Part shown: positions 63,528 through 64,000 of the stretch, one piece after another
How positions within the stretch are numbered: position 1 is the stretch's first letter
Layout: each line of letters opens with the position of its first letter
NCBI GenBank assembly: GCA_013239625.1
Contig: MU057347.1
Span: 1,203,459 to 1,267,458, forward strand
Reading direction: 5' to 3'
Origin: Lama guanicoe
Lineage: Eukaryota
DNA: 64,000 nucleotides
Notes under the pieces: model-generated
Told to the model about the DNA's origin: nothing
The model's input: the letters and a program-made list of their open reading frames with translations, nothing else
The model's database searches: none
Program-made: the position numbers and the translations under genes

Positions 63528-64000
63528 GCCTGCAGCACTGTATTTTGTGCTATGGTTTCTCAGTTACGTCGTCTGAGCTCCTTAAACTAATCACAGTTTC
63601 TGCCAATCACAGAGCCTTACCGTGAGCCTGGTCCCCAGCTCAGTCTCTTCCTTGCGTCCAGCAACCCCACGATGCAGGGTTCATGGCTATGCCCATTTTA
63701 CAGAGAAGAAAACTGAGGCCTAGAGAGGCTAATTAATTTCCCCCAAGGTCACTCAGCTACCAAGTAGCATGGCCAAATTACACTTCAATGCCTCCCAAGC
63801 TGGGATCTTATCAATGACACCATCAGCTCACTTGTAAATCTCCTGGGGGGCAGAAACCTGCAGATGGGGTCTTGATAAACAACCCAATGCTCCATCACAT
63901 CTGAGGTGTTTCCCTGGCTCCTCAACACAGCATGGTACCACCTTTCTGATCAGGAAACCAAGTCGGGGAGTCAGGAACTTTTTTAAGAACTGTAGGAGTC

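Larger units (their letters stand above)
1..64000 (-). other. NOL4L: NOL4L gene body (partial: internal exons and introns; first exon and 3' exons lie outside the window)
   Basis: Two spliced minus-strand exons give [74 protein letters not shown], which I recognise as NOL4L (paralog NOL4 reads ...AVTRFLMSCSECQKRMHL...IDYNMPITMAYMKHMKL). Neither the N-terminal exon nor the next downstream exon was seen in the window. Confidence 0.9.

Noticed and set aside
1-64000. CRISPR arrays, operons, tRNA/rRNA genes, prokaryotic defence systems
   Set aside because: Mammalian intron sequence; no regularly spaced repeats or structural RNA genes were seen.

Overview
Mammalian genomic DNA, not prokaryotic. 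It is probably a cetartiodactyl, most likely a camelid, judged from the young L1 tails and the absence of Alu/Bov-tA/PRE-1/CHR/SINEC-type SINEs. The whole window appears to lie inside the large 5' introns of NOL4L (C20orf112) on the minus strand. Two coding exons are directly readable with canonical splice sites and compatible phases: 24099-24210 and 16016-16125. The preceding coding exon was not found and probably sits in the N-gap at 30176-30411. A CpG island at about 36.8-37.8 kb looks like an internal promoter. The rest is intron filled with ancient MIR, L2, L1M, MaLR LTR and hAT (MER) relics, plus seven N-gaps. Nearly all ORFs in the supplied track are spurious. I see no convincing new multi-gene system. 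The best leads are: an integrase-like zinc-binding motif in NOL4L; a pair of cryptic exons that could give a truncated or NMD isoform; a 5'+3' bipartite mini-L1; and a recent inverted templated insertion. Repeat family names come from remembered consensus sequences and their boundaries are approximate.
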